A stretch of DNA of 54,602 nucleotides, from assembly GCA_035607275.1 (NCBI GenBank), contig DATNBW010000180.1, positions 1 to 54,602 of the forward strand. The letters are read 5' to 3'. Shown in pieces: positions 26,700 to 35,584 of the stretch. The translations under genes and the position numbers were made by a program. The first letter of the stretch is position 1, and each line of letters opens with the position of its first letter. The DNA comes from Verrucomicrobiia bacterium. Lineage in GTDB: Bacteria > Chloroflexota > Limnocylindria > Limnocylindrales > CSP1-4. Below the pieces are notes generated by a model. It was given only the letters and a program-made list of their open reading frames with translations, was not told where the DNA came from and ran no database searches.

Positions 26700-28334
26700 T
26701 CAGACGAGACCCTGCTCGAATGCGAACGCGGTCGCCGCAGCCCGCGTCGACACGTCGAGCTTCGCGAAGATGTTGCTGACGTGGCGGTCGACCGTCCGCT
26801 CGCTGATGCCGAGGGTCGTCGCGATGTCCCGGTTCGTCGCGCCGTGGGCGAGATGCCCGAGCACCTCGACCTCGCGGGCGCTCAGGCCGCCGGGCGTCGG
26901 GGGCGGGGCCCCGGCCACGGTATCGAGACGGCGGAGATCGGTTGCCGCGCCGAGCCGCTCGAAGATCTCGCGCGCGGCGGCGAGCTCGATCGACGCGCTG
27001 TCGCGATCGCCGAGCTCGCGGCAGGCAAGCGCGATCCGGACCCGGACCCGCGCCGATTCGTACGGCGAATCGAGGGCTTGCCACAGGTCCAGCGACCTCC
27101 GGAACGCGAGCAGGGCGGCCCGCGGGTCGCCGGATCCGAGCCGGACCAGGCCCTCGGCCCGGGCCGCGATCGCCCGGAGCAGCGGCGGCCGGGACCGGCC
27201 GGCGGCTCGCTCGCGAAGCTCGTCCAACGCCTCCGAGGCCGCCGTCACGTCGCCCGCGGCGATGGCGATCTCGACGAGCGGCTCGAGGAGTCGCGGGCGG
27301 GCGACCGGGTCTGCCTCGTCGAGCGCCCGTCGGATCGACGCGGTCGCGGCGGCGAGGTCGCCCTGGGCGAGCCGCAGGAGGGCCATCCCGGGGTCGGGCC
27401 GCCGGCCCCACTTGGCGCCCTCGCGATACGCCGCGTCGGCGGCGGCAAACTCCCCGCGCAGCCGGTGCAGCTCGGCCTGCTGGTAGTGGGCCTCGCCGAC
27501 CGCGGGCTCGATCGGCGGACGCGACAGCCAGTCGTGCGCCCGTCGGACCTCGTCGTCCGCGTCCAGCCAGAGCCCGTGGAACTGGAGGATCTCGGCCCGG
27601 AACACGAGGCATCGACCGCGGAAGGGGACGGCATCGGGTTGCGATTCGCACCAGCGGTCGAGGACGGTCGTCCACTCCTGCGCCCGACCGAGGTCGAAGA
27701 CCGCCTGGAAGGCCTCGATCGAGCCGCAATAGACGATCCCGACGTTGAGCGGCGAGATCTCGCCGGTCGTCACCGCGATCATCGCCTCGTCCAGGTAGGC
27801 GATGCCACGCTCCACCTGGCCCAGTGCGATCAGCGTTTCGCCCCGGCCGAAGAACGACATCGCGAGCAGATCCGGGTCACCGAACCGTTCGGCGATCGCG
27901 GCGACCTGCTCGAAGATCGCGAGCGAGCCGGCCACGTCGCCCTCGTCACGCACCTTCAGGGCGAGCGGGATGAGGAGCAGCCCGCGCTCGACGCAATCGG
28001 CGGCCGCCTCGTCGAGCAGCCGCGTCGCGCGGGCATGCCAGCCGCCGGCCTGCGCGAACTCGCCGCGCTGGCCGAGGTTCATCACGATGTGGAAGGCAAA
28101 GCGGGAGGCGCGCACAGGGTCGCCCGCCCGCAGGGTTTCGAGGTGGGCTCGCTCCCAGGTGCGGTACGCCTCGTCCGGGCGACCGAGCATCTGGCGGGCG
28201 ACGGCGAGCCGCTCGAGATCTTCGATGGCGAGGGGCTGTCCTTCGTCAACGGTCGCCAGTCGCGAGGCCGCATCACTCCATGCGCGCCGCTCGAAGGCGT
28301 CACGGGCGAGGTCGAGGTCGGCGGGATTCGTCAT
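26700..28334 (-). CDS. LuxR-family transcriptional regulator with a long TPR/helical-repeat N-terminal region
   Basis: C-terminal HTH LSAREVEVLGHLAHGATNRDIATTLGISERTVDRHVSNIFAKL. The upstream part is helical-repeat rich, and I saw no Walker A motif. ATG at 28334 is preferred over the TTG at 28358 used in the track. Confidence 0.8.
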   Translation of the reverse strand: MTNPADLDLARDAFERRAWSDAASRLATVDEGQPLAIEDLERLAVARQMLGRPDEAYRTWERAHLETLRAGDPVRASRFAFHIVMNLGQRGEFAQAGGWHARATRLLDEAAADCVERGLLLIPLALKVRDEGDVAGSLAIFEQVAAIAERFGDPDLLAMSFFGRGETLIALGQVERGIAYLDEAMIAVTTGEISPLNVGIVYCGSIEAFQAVFDLGRAQEWTTVLDRWCESQPDAVPFRGRCLVFRAEILQFHGLWLDADDEVRRAHDWLSRPPIEPAVGEAHYQQAELHRLRGEFAAADAAYREGAKWGRRPDPGMALLRLAQGDLAAATASIRRALDEADPVARPRLLEPLVEIAIAAGDVTAASEALDELRERAAGRSRPPLLRAIAARAEGLVRLGSGDPRAALLAFRRSLDLWQALDSPYESARVRVRIALACRELGDRDSASIELAAAREIFERLGAATDLRRLDTVAGAPPPTPGGLSAREVEVLGHLAHGATNRDIATTLGISERTVDRHVSNIFAKLDVSTRAAATAFAFEQGLV

Positions 28335-28405
28335 CTCAGGGTCGAGCTCCGCGGCCAATGTACCCCGCGGGCAGGCCAGTACGGCAGCAAATCGACCTTC
28401 CCGAG

Positions 28406-28993
28406 CTAGCCGAGGAGCGGCAGCACGCGGGCCGCGAGCACCGATCGGAACACGTCGACAAGCAGCGCCCCTCGATCGGCGTCGGGGACGGTCGGATCGA
28501 GCAGCGGGTCCAGCACCTGGTCGATCCGGGCGCGCCGCTCGTCAGCGGACAGGTCGGGCACCGCGGCCGCCGACACGTCCCAGAGCTCCTGGTAGAGGAC
28601 CCACGCGAACTGGTCGTAGATGAGCTGAGCCTCGACCTCCCATGCCTGGGCCGAGCTGATCGCGCTGCCGATCTCGAGGACCGCGGGCAACGTGCTCCGC
28701 AGCAGCTCCTCGAGAGCGATGTCCTGGCTGCGCAGAAGGTCGGGCAGGCTCACGCTGCCAACCGCCGCGCTCCCGAGTACCGCCCCCAGACGGCTGGCCC
28801 TCCGAGAGGACGACTTGCTTTCCAGGGCTCGCAGGCAGGCGTGGAACTCGCGGGCCACGGCGCGTGCCCGCGCCGCCGGCTCGCCGCCGATGGTCAGGAG
28901 CGTCTTCTGAAGGGTCCAGAGGGCGGCGGCCGTGGGTTCGGCGAGGAGGCGCTCGAATCCCGACGTCTCGACGCGGCCAGCGATCGCGCTCAC
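28406..28993 (-). CDS. hypothetical helical protein translationally coupled to corA
   Basis: This is the C-terminal 195 codons of track ORF 28406..29836. GTG at 28993 lies 2 nt after the corA stop. G/C third positions are high, and I recognise no motif. Confidence 0.55.
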   Translation of the reverse strand: MSAIAGRVETSGFERLLAEPTAAALWTLQKTLLTIGGEPAARARAVAREFHACLRALESKSSSRRASRLGAVLGSAAVGSVSLPDLLRSQDIALEELLRSTLPAVLEIGSAISSAQAWEVEAQLIYDQFAWVLYQELWDVSAAAVPDLSADERRARIDQVLDPLLDPTVPDADRGALLVDVFRSVLAARVLPLLG

Positions 28994-28995
28994 GA

Positions 28996-29997
28996 TCAGA
29001 GCCAGCCGCGACGCCGGAACAGGATGGTCAGGACGCCGAGGATGAACGCCATCAGGGCGACGACGACCCAGAACGAGAACGGCTCGTCCTCGCCCGGGAC
29101 CGGAACATTCATCCCGTAGACCGAGGCGATGAGCGTCAGCGGCAGCAGGATGACGGACGCCGCGGTCAGGATCCGGAACGAATCGTTCAGGCGGTGGGCG
29201 AGCACCGACTCGTTCGTCGACTCGAGGGCCTCGATGACCTCCTTGTCGTTCTCGAGCGTGTCCCAGATCCGCTCGGCGGCGTCGGAGATGTCGTCGAAGT
29301 AGATCTCCATCTCCTCGGCGAGATAGCGCTGCTTCGTCCGCTCGAGGTCGCGCAGGACCGCGCGCTGCGGCCGCACGATCCGCCGGAAGTTGATGATCTC
29401 CTGCTTGGCGTTGCTGATGTCGCGGACGATCTCGCCCGAGCGACCCTCGAGGATGTCGTCCTCGAGCCGGTCGAGCTTGTTGCCCATCTTGCGGAGCATC
29501 GGGAAGGCGGCGTCGACGTTGGCATCGACGATCTTGTAGAGCAGGTAGCCCGAGCCCTTCGAGAACGTCGACTCGCGGAGCTCCTCGCGCGACTCCATCC
29601 GCTCGAACATCGCCTGGAGGGGCGGCAGCGGATGCTCGGTCAGGGTGATCAGGTAGTCCGGGCCGACGAAGAGGTCGACCTCCGCGGTCAGGAGCCGGCC
29701 GGACGTCTTCTCGAAGAACGGGAAGTGCATGACGAGGAAGAGGTAGTCGTCGTACACGTCGAGCTTCGAGCGCTGGTTGCGCGAGTAGACGTCCTCCCAG
29801 TCGAGCGGGTGGAAGTCGTAGTGCTGCTCGAGCCACTCGCGGTGGGCGAGGCGGGGATCCTCGATGTGGATCCAGCGGAGGCCGGAGGCCTCGACGACGC
29901 GCGGGTCGTCTACCTCGGCGATGCCGGGCGCGTCGACACCGTCGACCGGTTGCGATCGACGAAGCCGCGGGCGTGGAAGCGGCGGCAGGTTCGGCAT
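28996..29997 (-). CDS. corA: magnesium/cobalt transporter CorA
   Basis: YGMNV motif followed by the final TM segment FWVVVALMAFILGVLTILF. Length is typical. Confidence 0.9.
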   Translation of the reverse strand: MPNLPPLPRPRLRRSQPVDGVDAPGIAEVDDPRVVEASGLRWIHIEDPRLAHREWLEQHYDFHPLDWEDVYSRNQRSKLDVYDDYLFLVMHFPFFEKTSGRLLTAEVDLFVGPDYLITLTEHPLPPLQAMFERMESREELRESTFSKGSGYLLYKIVDANVDAAFPMLRKMGNKLDRLEDDILEGRSGEIVRDISNAKQEIINFRRIVRPQRAVLRDLERTKQRYLAEEMEIYFDDISDAAERIWDTLENDKEVIEALESTNESVLAHRLNDSFRILTAASVILLPLTLIASVYGMNVPVPGEDEPFSFWVVVALMAFILGVLTILFRRRGWL

Positions 29998-30117
29998 CGA
30001 CTGGGAGGCTTCATGGTGCGATCGGGCGCATCGTAGCCGGTCGGCGGAGGCGCCGTCGACGTCTCGCGCCCTCCCCCGGCGGGTATGGGATGGCGTCGGG
30101 GCGGTGACGACGGGGAC

Positions 30118-31017
30118 TCAGTGCTGCGACTGCGCCGCGCGGGCCTCCCAGAGGACGTGCTCGGGCGTCTCGAGCTGGAACGTCGAGTGGTTGATGTCGA
30201 AGTCGGCCGAGAGGCACGTCCCGAGGTGGTCGAGGATGTCGCCAGGCCGGGCCTCCGGGCCCAGCACGACGTGGGCCGACACGACGTTCATCCCGCTCGT
30301 GATCGTCCAGGCGTGGAGATCGTGGACGTCGACCACGCCCGGCGCCTCGCGGATGTGGCGCTCCACGTCCGACAGGTCGACCCCCTTCGGCGTCGCCTCG
30401 AGCAGGACGTCGACGCTGTCGCGCAGGAGCCGGACCGTGCGGGGCACGATCAGCGCGGCGACGACGAGCGACGCGACCGCGTCGGCGGGCTGCCAGCCCG
30501 TGACCAGGATCACGAGCCCGGCCCCGAGGACGGCCACCGCCCCGATCAGGTCGCCGGCGATCTCGAGGTAGGCGCCGCGCATCGTCAGGCTCTCCCGCTG
30601 GCCCGGCGCCAGGAGCCGGAGCGACACGAGATTTGCCGCCAGCGCCAGCACCGCGACGGCGATCAGGAGCGTCGGACGGACCTCCGGCGGCGCGGCGAAC
30701 CGGCGGATCGCCTCGATCGCGATGACGATGGCGATCACGAGCAGCAGCACGGCGTTGACGGCGGCTGCCAGCATCTCGAGGCGGTACAGCCCGAACGAGC
30801 GGGCGTCGCTCGGCGGCCGGGCGGCGAGCCGGATCGCGACGAGCGAGAGGGTCATCCCCGAGACGTCGGCGAAGACGTGACCGGCGTCGGCCAGCAGGGC
30901 GAGAGAGTTGGCCGCGATCCCCGCGATCAGCTCGAGGACGAGGATGGCGACACCGATCCCGATCGCTGCCGTGAGCGGCCCGGCGTGCCGGCCGGCCGCG
31001 GAATGGGAGTGGGCCAC
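30118..31017 (-). CDS. cation diffusion facilitator family transporter (CzcD/ZitB-like)
   Basis: His-rich N-terminus VAHSHSAAGRH, LLADAGHVFADV and LAANLVSL, plus a C-terminal cytoplasmic domain with DVHDLHAW. Confidence 0.9.
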   Translation of the reverse strand: MAHSHSAAGRHAGPLTAAIGIGVAILVLELIAGIAANSLALLADAGHVFADVSGMTLSLVAIRLAARPPSDARSFGLYRLEMLAAAVNAVLLLVIAIVIAIEAIRRFAAPPEVRPTLLIAVAVLALAANLVSLRLLAPGQRESLTMRGAYLEIAGDLIGAVAVLGAGLVILVTGWQPADAVASLVVAALIVPRTVRLLRDSVDVLLEATPKGVDLSDVERHIREAPGVVDVHDLHAWTITSGMNVVSAHVVLGPEARPGDILDHLGTCLSADFDINHSTFQLETPEHVLWEARAAQSQH

Positions 31018-31023
31018 GGATCG

Positions 31024-31029
31024 AGCGTA
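31024..31029 (-). promoter_or_regulatory. candidate -10 hexamer TACGCT exactly 6 nt upstream of the CDF GTG (leaderless geometry)
   Basis: The minus strand reads GCGCTACGCTCGATCCGTG. No Shine-Dalgarno sequence is present. Confidence 0.35.
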
Positions 31030-31062
31030 GCGCGTTCGCGCCGGCTGGGGTGGCGAACGCGC
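31030..31062. promoter_or_regulatory. 10-bp perfect inverted repeat with a 13-nt spacer, abutting the CDF -10 hexamer
   Basis: gcgcgttcgc (31030-31039) and gcgaacgcgc (31053-31062). It is either the terminator of the upstream two-component operon or an operator over the -35 region of the CDF promoter. Confidence 0.4.
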
Positions 31063-31177
31063 CCTCGCCAGCCCACGCCAAGCGGCGAAATCGGACTCCG
31101 AGAGCGGACGAACGGCCGCGCGAACCCAGTGGTCTTCGACGGCTACCGAAGTTCACGACGTCGCCTCCACCCCGGGC

Positions 31178-31819
31178 TCAGCTCCCCGGCGGCACCTCGA
31201 GCCAGCCCTCGCGCAGGGCGCGCGTCGCGAGCTCGGTCCGCGACGCCAGGTCGAACCGCTCGAACAGCCGACGGAGGTGCGACTCGACCGTCTTCGGCCC
31301 GATCCCGAGCCGCGCCCCGATCTCGTCGTTCGAACGGCCGTCGACGACGAGCCGGACGACGTCGAGCTCGCGCTCGCTGAGCCGGGCCAGCCCTCCTGCC
31401 GCCCGGGGACGGATCGAGAACGCCATGCCGCCGCCGGCGACCCGGCGGATCGCGTCGAGCAGCTCCGCCAGCGGCGCGGTCTTCAGCACGAAGCCCGACG
31501 CGCCGAGCCGGAGCGCCGCCTCGGCGTATTGCGGGTAGTCGTAGGCGGTCAGGACGATGATCGCGGGCGCGTCGTCGGCGGTCTCGGTAAGCAGCCGCAG
31601 CCCCGAGTCAGTGCCGAGACGGATGTCGAGGAGGAGAACGTCGGCGGGCACGGCCGTGATCAGCGCGGTCGCCTCCTCGATCGAGCCGGCCGTCCCCGCC
31701 ACCGCGATCCCGGGCTGGGCGGCGAGGAGTGCCGCGGTCCCATCCCGGACCACGGGATGGTCGTCGACGATCAGAAGCCGGATCGGGTTGGCGGGTGCCT
31801 CGGTCAACGGGGCCGCCAC
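31178..31819 (-). CDS. NarL/LuxR-family response regulator
   Basis: Receiver domain RLLIVDDHPVVRDG ... LLDIRL, with C-terminal HTH LSERELDVVRLVVDGRSNDEIGARLGIGPKTVESHL. Confidence 0.9.
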   Translation of the reverse strand: MAAPLTEAPANPIRLLIVDDHPVVRDGTAALLAAQPGIAVAGTAGSIEEATALITAVPADVLLLDIRLGTDSGLRLLTETADDAPAIIVLTAYDYPQYAEAALRLGASGFVLKTAPLAELLDAIRRVAGGGMAFSIRPRAAGGLARLSERELDVVRLVVDGRSNDEIGARLGIGPKTVESHLRRLFERFDLASRTELATRALREGWLEVPPGS

Positions 31820-33498
31820 TCCAGCGCGACGTGCGTGCCGCCGCTCGGCCAGCGCTTGACGTCGAGGATCGCCCCGATCTGCTCGGCGCGCTGGGCCATG
31901 TTCAGCAGCCCGAACCGGCCGGCCTTCTCCGCGTCCGCCGGCGCCTCGTCTGTGATCCCCGGGCCGGCGTCGTCGATCGCGAGCGAGATCCCGCCGGGGG
32001 TCGAGCGATAGCGGACGACGATCGGCGGCCGGCCGTGCTTGACCGCGTTGGCCAGCGCCTCCTGCGCCACGCGAAAGATCGCGAGCTCGACATCCGGCGA
32101 GTGGCGGGCCTCGTCGGCGCGCTCGAGCCGGACCTCGCCGCCGGCCAGCCGCTCGATCCGGAGGACGAGCCAGTCGAGGGCCGGCCCGACCCCGAGATCG
32201 TCGAGGATCGGCAGCCGCAGGTCCCCGCAGATCGCCCGCAGCCGGTCGGCGACGGTCCGCCCGATCTCGGCTCCCTCTTTATCGCCGGAAGCCTCGAGCC
32301 GCCGGACGAGGAGGGTCAGCTCCTGGAGCGCGTCGTCGTGGATGTCGGCCGCCAGACGCGCGCGCTCGGCCTCGGTGGCCGCGACGACGAGGTCGCGCTG
32401 GAGTGCCGCCCGGGTCGCGAGGCGGGCGAGCGGACGGACGGTGAACCGCCCGGCGACGGCGATCGCGATGAGCCAGAACCCGAGCGGCCACAGGAACGGC
32501 GCCTCGTGGGTGGCCAGGGCGACCATCGGGGTCGCGCCGGCGAGCGCCAGCTCGGTGGCCTGGAGGAGGCCTCCCGGCCCGGTCGACCCCGTCCGGATGC
32601 GTCCGAGGTCGATCGGTCCGGCCGCGATGAGCCCGGGGATCAGCGGAACCGCTCCGGTGAGGACCACGACGAGGGTCGCCACCTCTTCGCGCCGGTCGCC
32701 GATCGCGTAGCCGAGGACCGACACGCCCGCCGCCAGCGCCAGCCCGGCGATGAGGACGAAGAGCAACCGTCGATCGTCGGGACGATCGACGCGTTCGGTC
32801 AGCCCGACCGCGAGCGGCACCATCGCCGCGATCGTCAACCCGCCCCCCAGCAGGACGGCGCCGATCGATCCGATCCCCTCGAGCGGCGCCGTCAGGAGCG
32901 GAGACGCGACCGCGACCGCCAGCGGCAATGCCAGGTGCCGGAGCGACGCGCCGGCCCGGGTGGAGCGCAGCCACCACGCCCCGGCCACGAGGAGGATCAG
33001 CCCGGGAAGGAAGGCTCGCTGGGCCTGGGCGAAGCCGTACGAGCCGGGATACCAGTAGCGCTGGACGAACCAGCGATCCGGCGCTCCGGTCGCGAGGGCG
33101 TCGGCGGTGATCAGGCCGAGCGTATCGATCGACTGGCGCGAGAGGAGGATCTGCTCGCCACCGAACTGGGCGACGGTCCGCGGCGCCGCCGGCGAGATGC
33201 CGACAATCGGAGGCGCCTGATCCGGGTTCTCCTTGTTCGTCGCTCCGTACTGATAGGCCGGCAGCTCGATGAGCTGGTTGCCATTGACCTCGACCGCGAT
33301 CATCCCGGCCGCGACCCCGTCGCGCGCCGCCTGGCTGAGAGGAGCGACGTCGTCGACCACGAGATGCCCCGTATCCGCATCGATCCGCCACGAGATCCCC
33401 GTGTCGTATGCGCCGAAGAGGAGCGCCAGGAGGCCGCCGATGATGACCAGCGCGGCGATCGCGATGGCAGCGCGGTCACGGGGCGGCAGGGTCGTCAC
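31804..33498 (-). CDS. polytopic sensor histidine kinase (HisKA_3 type) with a PDZ-like extracytoplasmic segment
   Basis: H-box ADIHDDALQELTLL and ATPase region RVAQEALANAVKHG ... DDAGPGI ... GRFGLLNM. The GTG at 33498 was chosen because the first TM helix follows directly and TACCTT lies 6 nt upstream. Confidence 0.85.
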   Translation of the reverse strand: MTTLPPRDRAAIAIAALVIIGGLLALLFGAYDTGISWRIDADTGHLVVDDVAPLSQAARDGVAAGMIAVEVNGNQLIELPAYQYGATNKENPDQAPPIVGISPAAPRTVAQFGGEQILLSRQSIDTLGLITADALATGAPDRWFVQRYWYPGSYGFAQAQRAFLPGLILLVAGAWWLRSTRAGASLRHLALPLAVAVASPLLTAPLEGIGSIGAVLLGGGLTIAAMVPLAVGLTERVDRPDDRRLLFVLIAGLALAAGVSVLGYAIGDRREEVATLVVVLTGAVPLIPGLIAAGPIDLGRIRTGSTGPGGLLQATELALAGATPMVALATHEAPFLWPLGFWLIAIAVAGRFTVRPLARLATRAALQRDLVVAATEAERARLAADIHDDALQELTLLVRRLEASGDKEGAEIGRTVADRLRAICGDLRLPILDDLGVGPALDWLVLRIERLAGGEVRLERADEARHSPDVELAIFRVAQEALANAVKHGRPPIVVRYRSTPGGISLAIDDAGPGITDEAPADAEKAGRFGLLNMAQRAEQIGAILDVKRWPSGGTHVALEWRPR

Positions 33499-33504
33499 GG
33501 CCCG

Positions 33505-33510
33505 AAGGTA
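33505..33510 (-). promoter_or_regulatory. candidate -10 hexamer TACCTT exactly 6 nt upstream of the kinase GTG (leaderless geometry)
   Basis: The minus strand reads CTGCTACCTTCGGGCCGTG. Confidence 0.35.
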
Positions 33511-33730
33511 GCAGAGCGCCCAGCGCGCGCCGTACCGGGTTGTCCCGCAACGGTTCCCCGGGGAGTGACGGCTGGGATCCGCGCCGGCGGCACGCGACGA
33601 TGACCGCGGCACGCTCCGTGCAGCCGGCGCTCGCTCTGGGGAGTGGGCGCCGGCACGCTGCCGTGACGGCGCCCGAGTACAGTCACGAACGACCCGCCGG
33701 CCCGGACCGGCACGAACCGAGGAGGGACGG

Positions 33731-34630
33731 ATGACGGCGGTCCTCGAGGCACACGGCTTCGGCAAGCGCTACCGGCGGCGGACCTGGGCGCTGCGCGGCG
33801 TCGACCTGACGGTGCCGGAGGGCACGATCACGGCGCTCGTCGGACCGAACGGGTCCGGCAAGTCGACCCTGATCCGGGCGTGGATCGGCTTCGAACGGCC
33901 GACCGAGGGACGGCTCGTCACCGGCGGCGTGGATCCCCGGAAGGATCGCGGGGCGGCCGTCGGCCTCGTCGGCTACGTGCCGCAGTCCCCGTCGCTGTAC
34001 GGGGGCCTGAGCGTCGCCGAGCACCTGCGCCTGGCGGCGACCCTCCGCGACGGATTCGACGTCAGCCTCGCCGCCCACTACATCGACCGGCTGTCGATCC
34101 CCCTCACCGCTCTCGCGTCCGAGCTGTCCGGCGGCGAGCAGGCCCAGGTCGGGCTGGCCCTCGCCCTCGGAACACGGGCCCGGATCCTGCTCCTCGACGA
34201 GCCGCTGGCGAGCCTCGATCCGCTCGCCCGCCGGGAGTTCCTGCATGTCCTGGTCGAGGCCGTCCGGTCCGAGGGCCACACGGCGCTCCTCTCGTCCCAC
34301 GTGATCACCGACATCGAGCAGGCCTGCGACCGGCTGATCGTCCTCGGCAAGGGCCACACGCTGCTCGATCTCTCGATCTCCGAGGCGCTCGCCCACCACC
34401 GCGTGATCGAGGGCCCGATCGCGACGCCGATCCCGCCCGACCGGCTCGTCGGATCGTTCCCGTCCGCGGCCGGCGAGGGCCTGACGCTCGTCCGGGTTCC
34501 CGTCGCCCACGATGTCTCGACCGAGGGCCCGGCCGACGGCCGGCCCGCGACGCTCGAGGAGGTCGTCATCGGCCACATGGCCGCCGGTCGGGTCCGTCGG
34601 ACGCCGGCCGCGGTCGAGGCGGCGGCGTGA
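33731..34630 (+). CDS. ABC transporter ATP-binding protein
   Basis: GAGGAGGGA lies upstream of the ATG. Walker A GPNGSGKST, signature LSGGEQAQ, Walker B LLLDEPLASLD. Confidence 0.9.
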   Translation: MTAVLEAHGFGKRYRRRTWALRGVDLTVPEGTITALVGPNGSGKSTLIRAWIGFERPTEGRLVTGGVDPRKDRGAAVGLVGYVPQSPSLYGGLSVAEHLRLAATLRDGFDVSLAAHYIDRLSIPLTALASELSGGEQAQVGLALALGTRARILLLDEPLASLDPLARREFLHVLVEAVRSEGHTALLSSHVITDIEQACDRLIVLGKGHTLLDLSISEALAHHRVIEGPIATPIPPDRLVGSFPSAAGEGLTLVRVPVAHDVSTEGPADGRPATLEEVVIGHMAAGRVRRTPAAVEAAA

Positions 34631-35553
34631 TCCTCACCGCGACGCGCCTGACCTACCGGATCAATCGCTTCGAGATTCGGGCGGTCCTCCTGGCCGCCGC
34701 CCTGTCGGTCGCCGTGTCGGCGCTCGTCGTCAGCTGGATCAACTCGAGCGGCTACGTCGCCTGCATCAACGTGTACGACACGCCGAGCCTCAAGTGCCTC
34801 GAGCTGATGGACATCGGCAGATGGGCGACCAGGATCGCATCGTTGTCGCTCAATCTCGTCCCGGTCTTCCCGTTCCTCGCCGGGCTGCTGCTCGGCACCC
34901 CGGTGATCGCCCGCGAGCTCGATCGGGGAACAGCTCGCCTGGCGTGGTCCCTCGGTCCGTCGCGGATGCGCTGGTTCGTCCAGCGCACGAGTCCGATGCT
35001 GGTCGTGGCCGTCGTCGCGAGCTTCGCGATCGGCTTCGTCGCCGAGTGGCTGGTCGCGCTGTTCACGCCCGACGTCGACCTCGCCAACTCGTTCGCCGCG
35101 TTCCACCAGCGCGGTGTCCTGATCGCCACGGGGGCCTTTCTCGTCACGTCGGTCGCCGTCGGGCTCGGTGCGATCGTCGGCCGGACGATCCCGACGCTGC
35201 TCCTGGCGCTCGTCCTGGGCGGGGCGGGCATGCTGGCGATCGGCGAGGTCGATCACAAGCTCCTCGCCGCCGAGGCGGTGCCGTTGAGTGACAGCGGCGG
35301 CGGCAACGACCTCCAGCTCGATTCGCGCTTCCAGCTCCCCGACGGGCGGCTCGTCACCTGGGAGGAGCTGATGATCATCGACCCGCACGCGATGGAGTCG
35401 GAGTTCGGCATCCAGTACCCGTGGGTCGCGCTGGGCATCCCGGGGACGCGCTATCGCGAGGTCGAGACGCGCGAGGCGCTGATCGAGGTCGCATTCGGAC
35501 TGGCGTTCCTGGGCCTCGGCGCGTTCGTGGTCGGGCGGCGCAGGCCCGGCTGA
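34627..35553 (+). CDS. ABC-2-like transporter permease
   Basis: GTGA overlap with the ATPase stop, in the frame of track ORF 33880..35553. It is a multi-TM protein with a large loop after TM1. Confidence 0.75.
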   Translation: MILTATRLTYRINRFEIRAVLLAAALSVAVSALVVSWINSSGYVACINVYDTPSLKCLELMDIGRWATRIASLSLNLVPVFPFLAGLLLGTPVIARELDRGTARLAWSLGPSRMRWFVQRTSPMLVVAVVASFAIGFVAEWLVALFTPDVDLANSFAAFHQRGVLIATGAFLVTSVAVGLGAIVGRTIPTLLLALVLGGAGMLAIGEVDHKLLAAEAVPLSDSGGGNDLQLDSRFQLPDGRLVTWEELMIIDPHAMESEFGIQYPWVALGIPGTRYREVETREALIEVAFGLAFLGLGAFVVGRRRPG

Positions 35554-35572
35554 GCAGGCGGGCGCCGGCGGC

Positions 35573-35578
35573 GATAAT
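35573..35578 (+). promoter_or_regulatory. candidate -10 hexamer GATAAT exactly 6 nt upstream of the GTG at 35585 (leaderless geometry)
   Basis: The plus strand reads GCGATAATCGCCCGGTG. Confidence 0.3.
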
Positions 35579-35584
35579 CGCCCG

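Noticed and set aside
25746-28409. 887-aa plus-strand ORF
   Set aside because: It is antisense to the FMO-like and LuxR-type genes, both of which have clear motifs. It has shadow-ORF composition.
29998-30117. Possible Mg-sensing M-box leader upstream of corA
   Set aside because: Only 120 nt are available, and a TACGAT -10 candidate at 30035..30030 leaves a leader of about 30 nt. That is too short for an M-box, and I recognised no conserved M-box strings.
31018-31177. Possible NiCo (czcD-motif) riboswitch upstream of the CDF gene
   Set aside because: The only strong helix ends 12 nt from the start codon and abuts a -10-like hexamer. I could not build the four-way junction architecture. Rfam would be needed to exclude it formally.
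31729-33603. 624-aa plus-strand ORF. The same applies to 4115..5869, 34078..35775, 9358..10476, 9900..11183 and similar long ORFs.
   Set aside because: All lie opposite or out of frame to genes with strong family motifs and have Arg/Pro/Gly/Asp-dominated composition.
33499-33765. N-terminal 89 codons of the histidine kinase track ORF
   Set aside because: It would overlap the divergent ABC gene start. The peptide is Arg/Ser/Pro-rich. The GTG at 33498 is followed directly by TM1 and preceded by TACCTT-N6.
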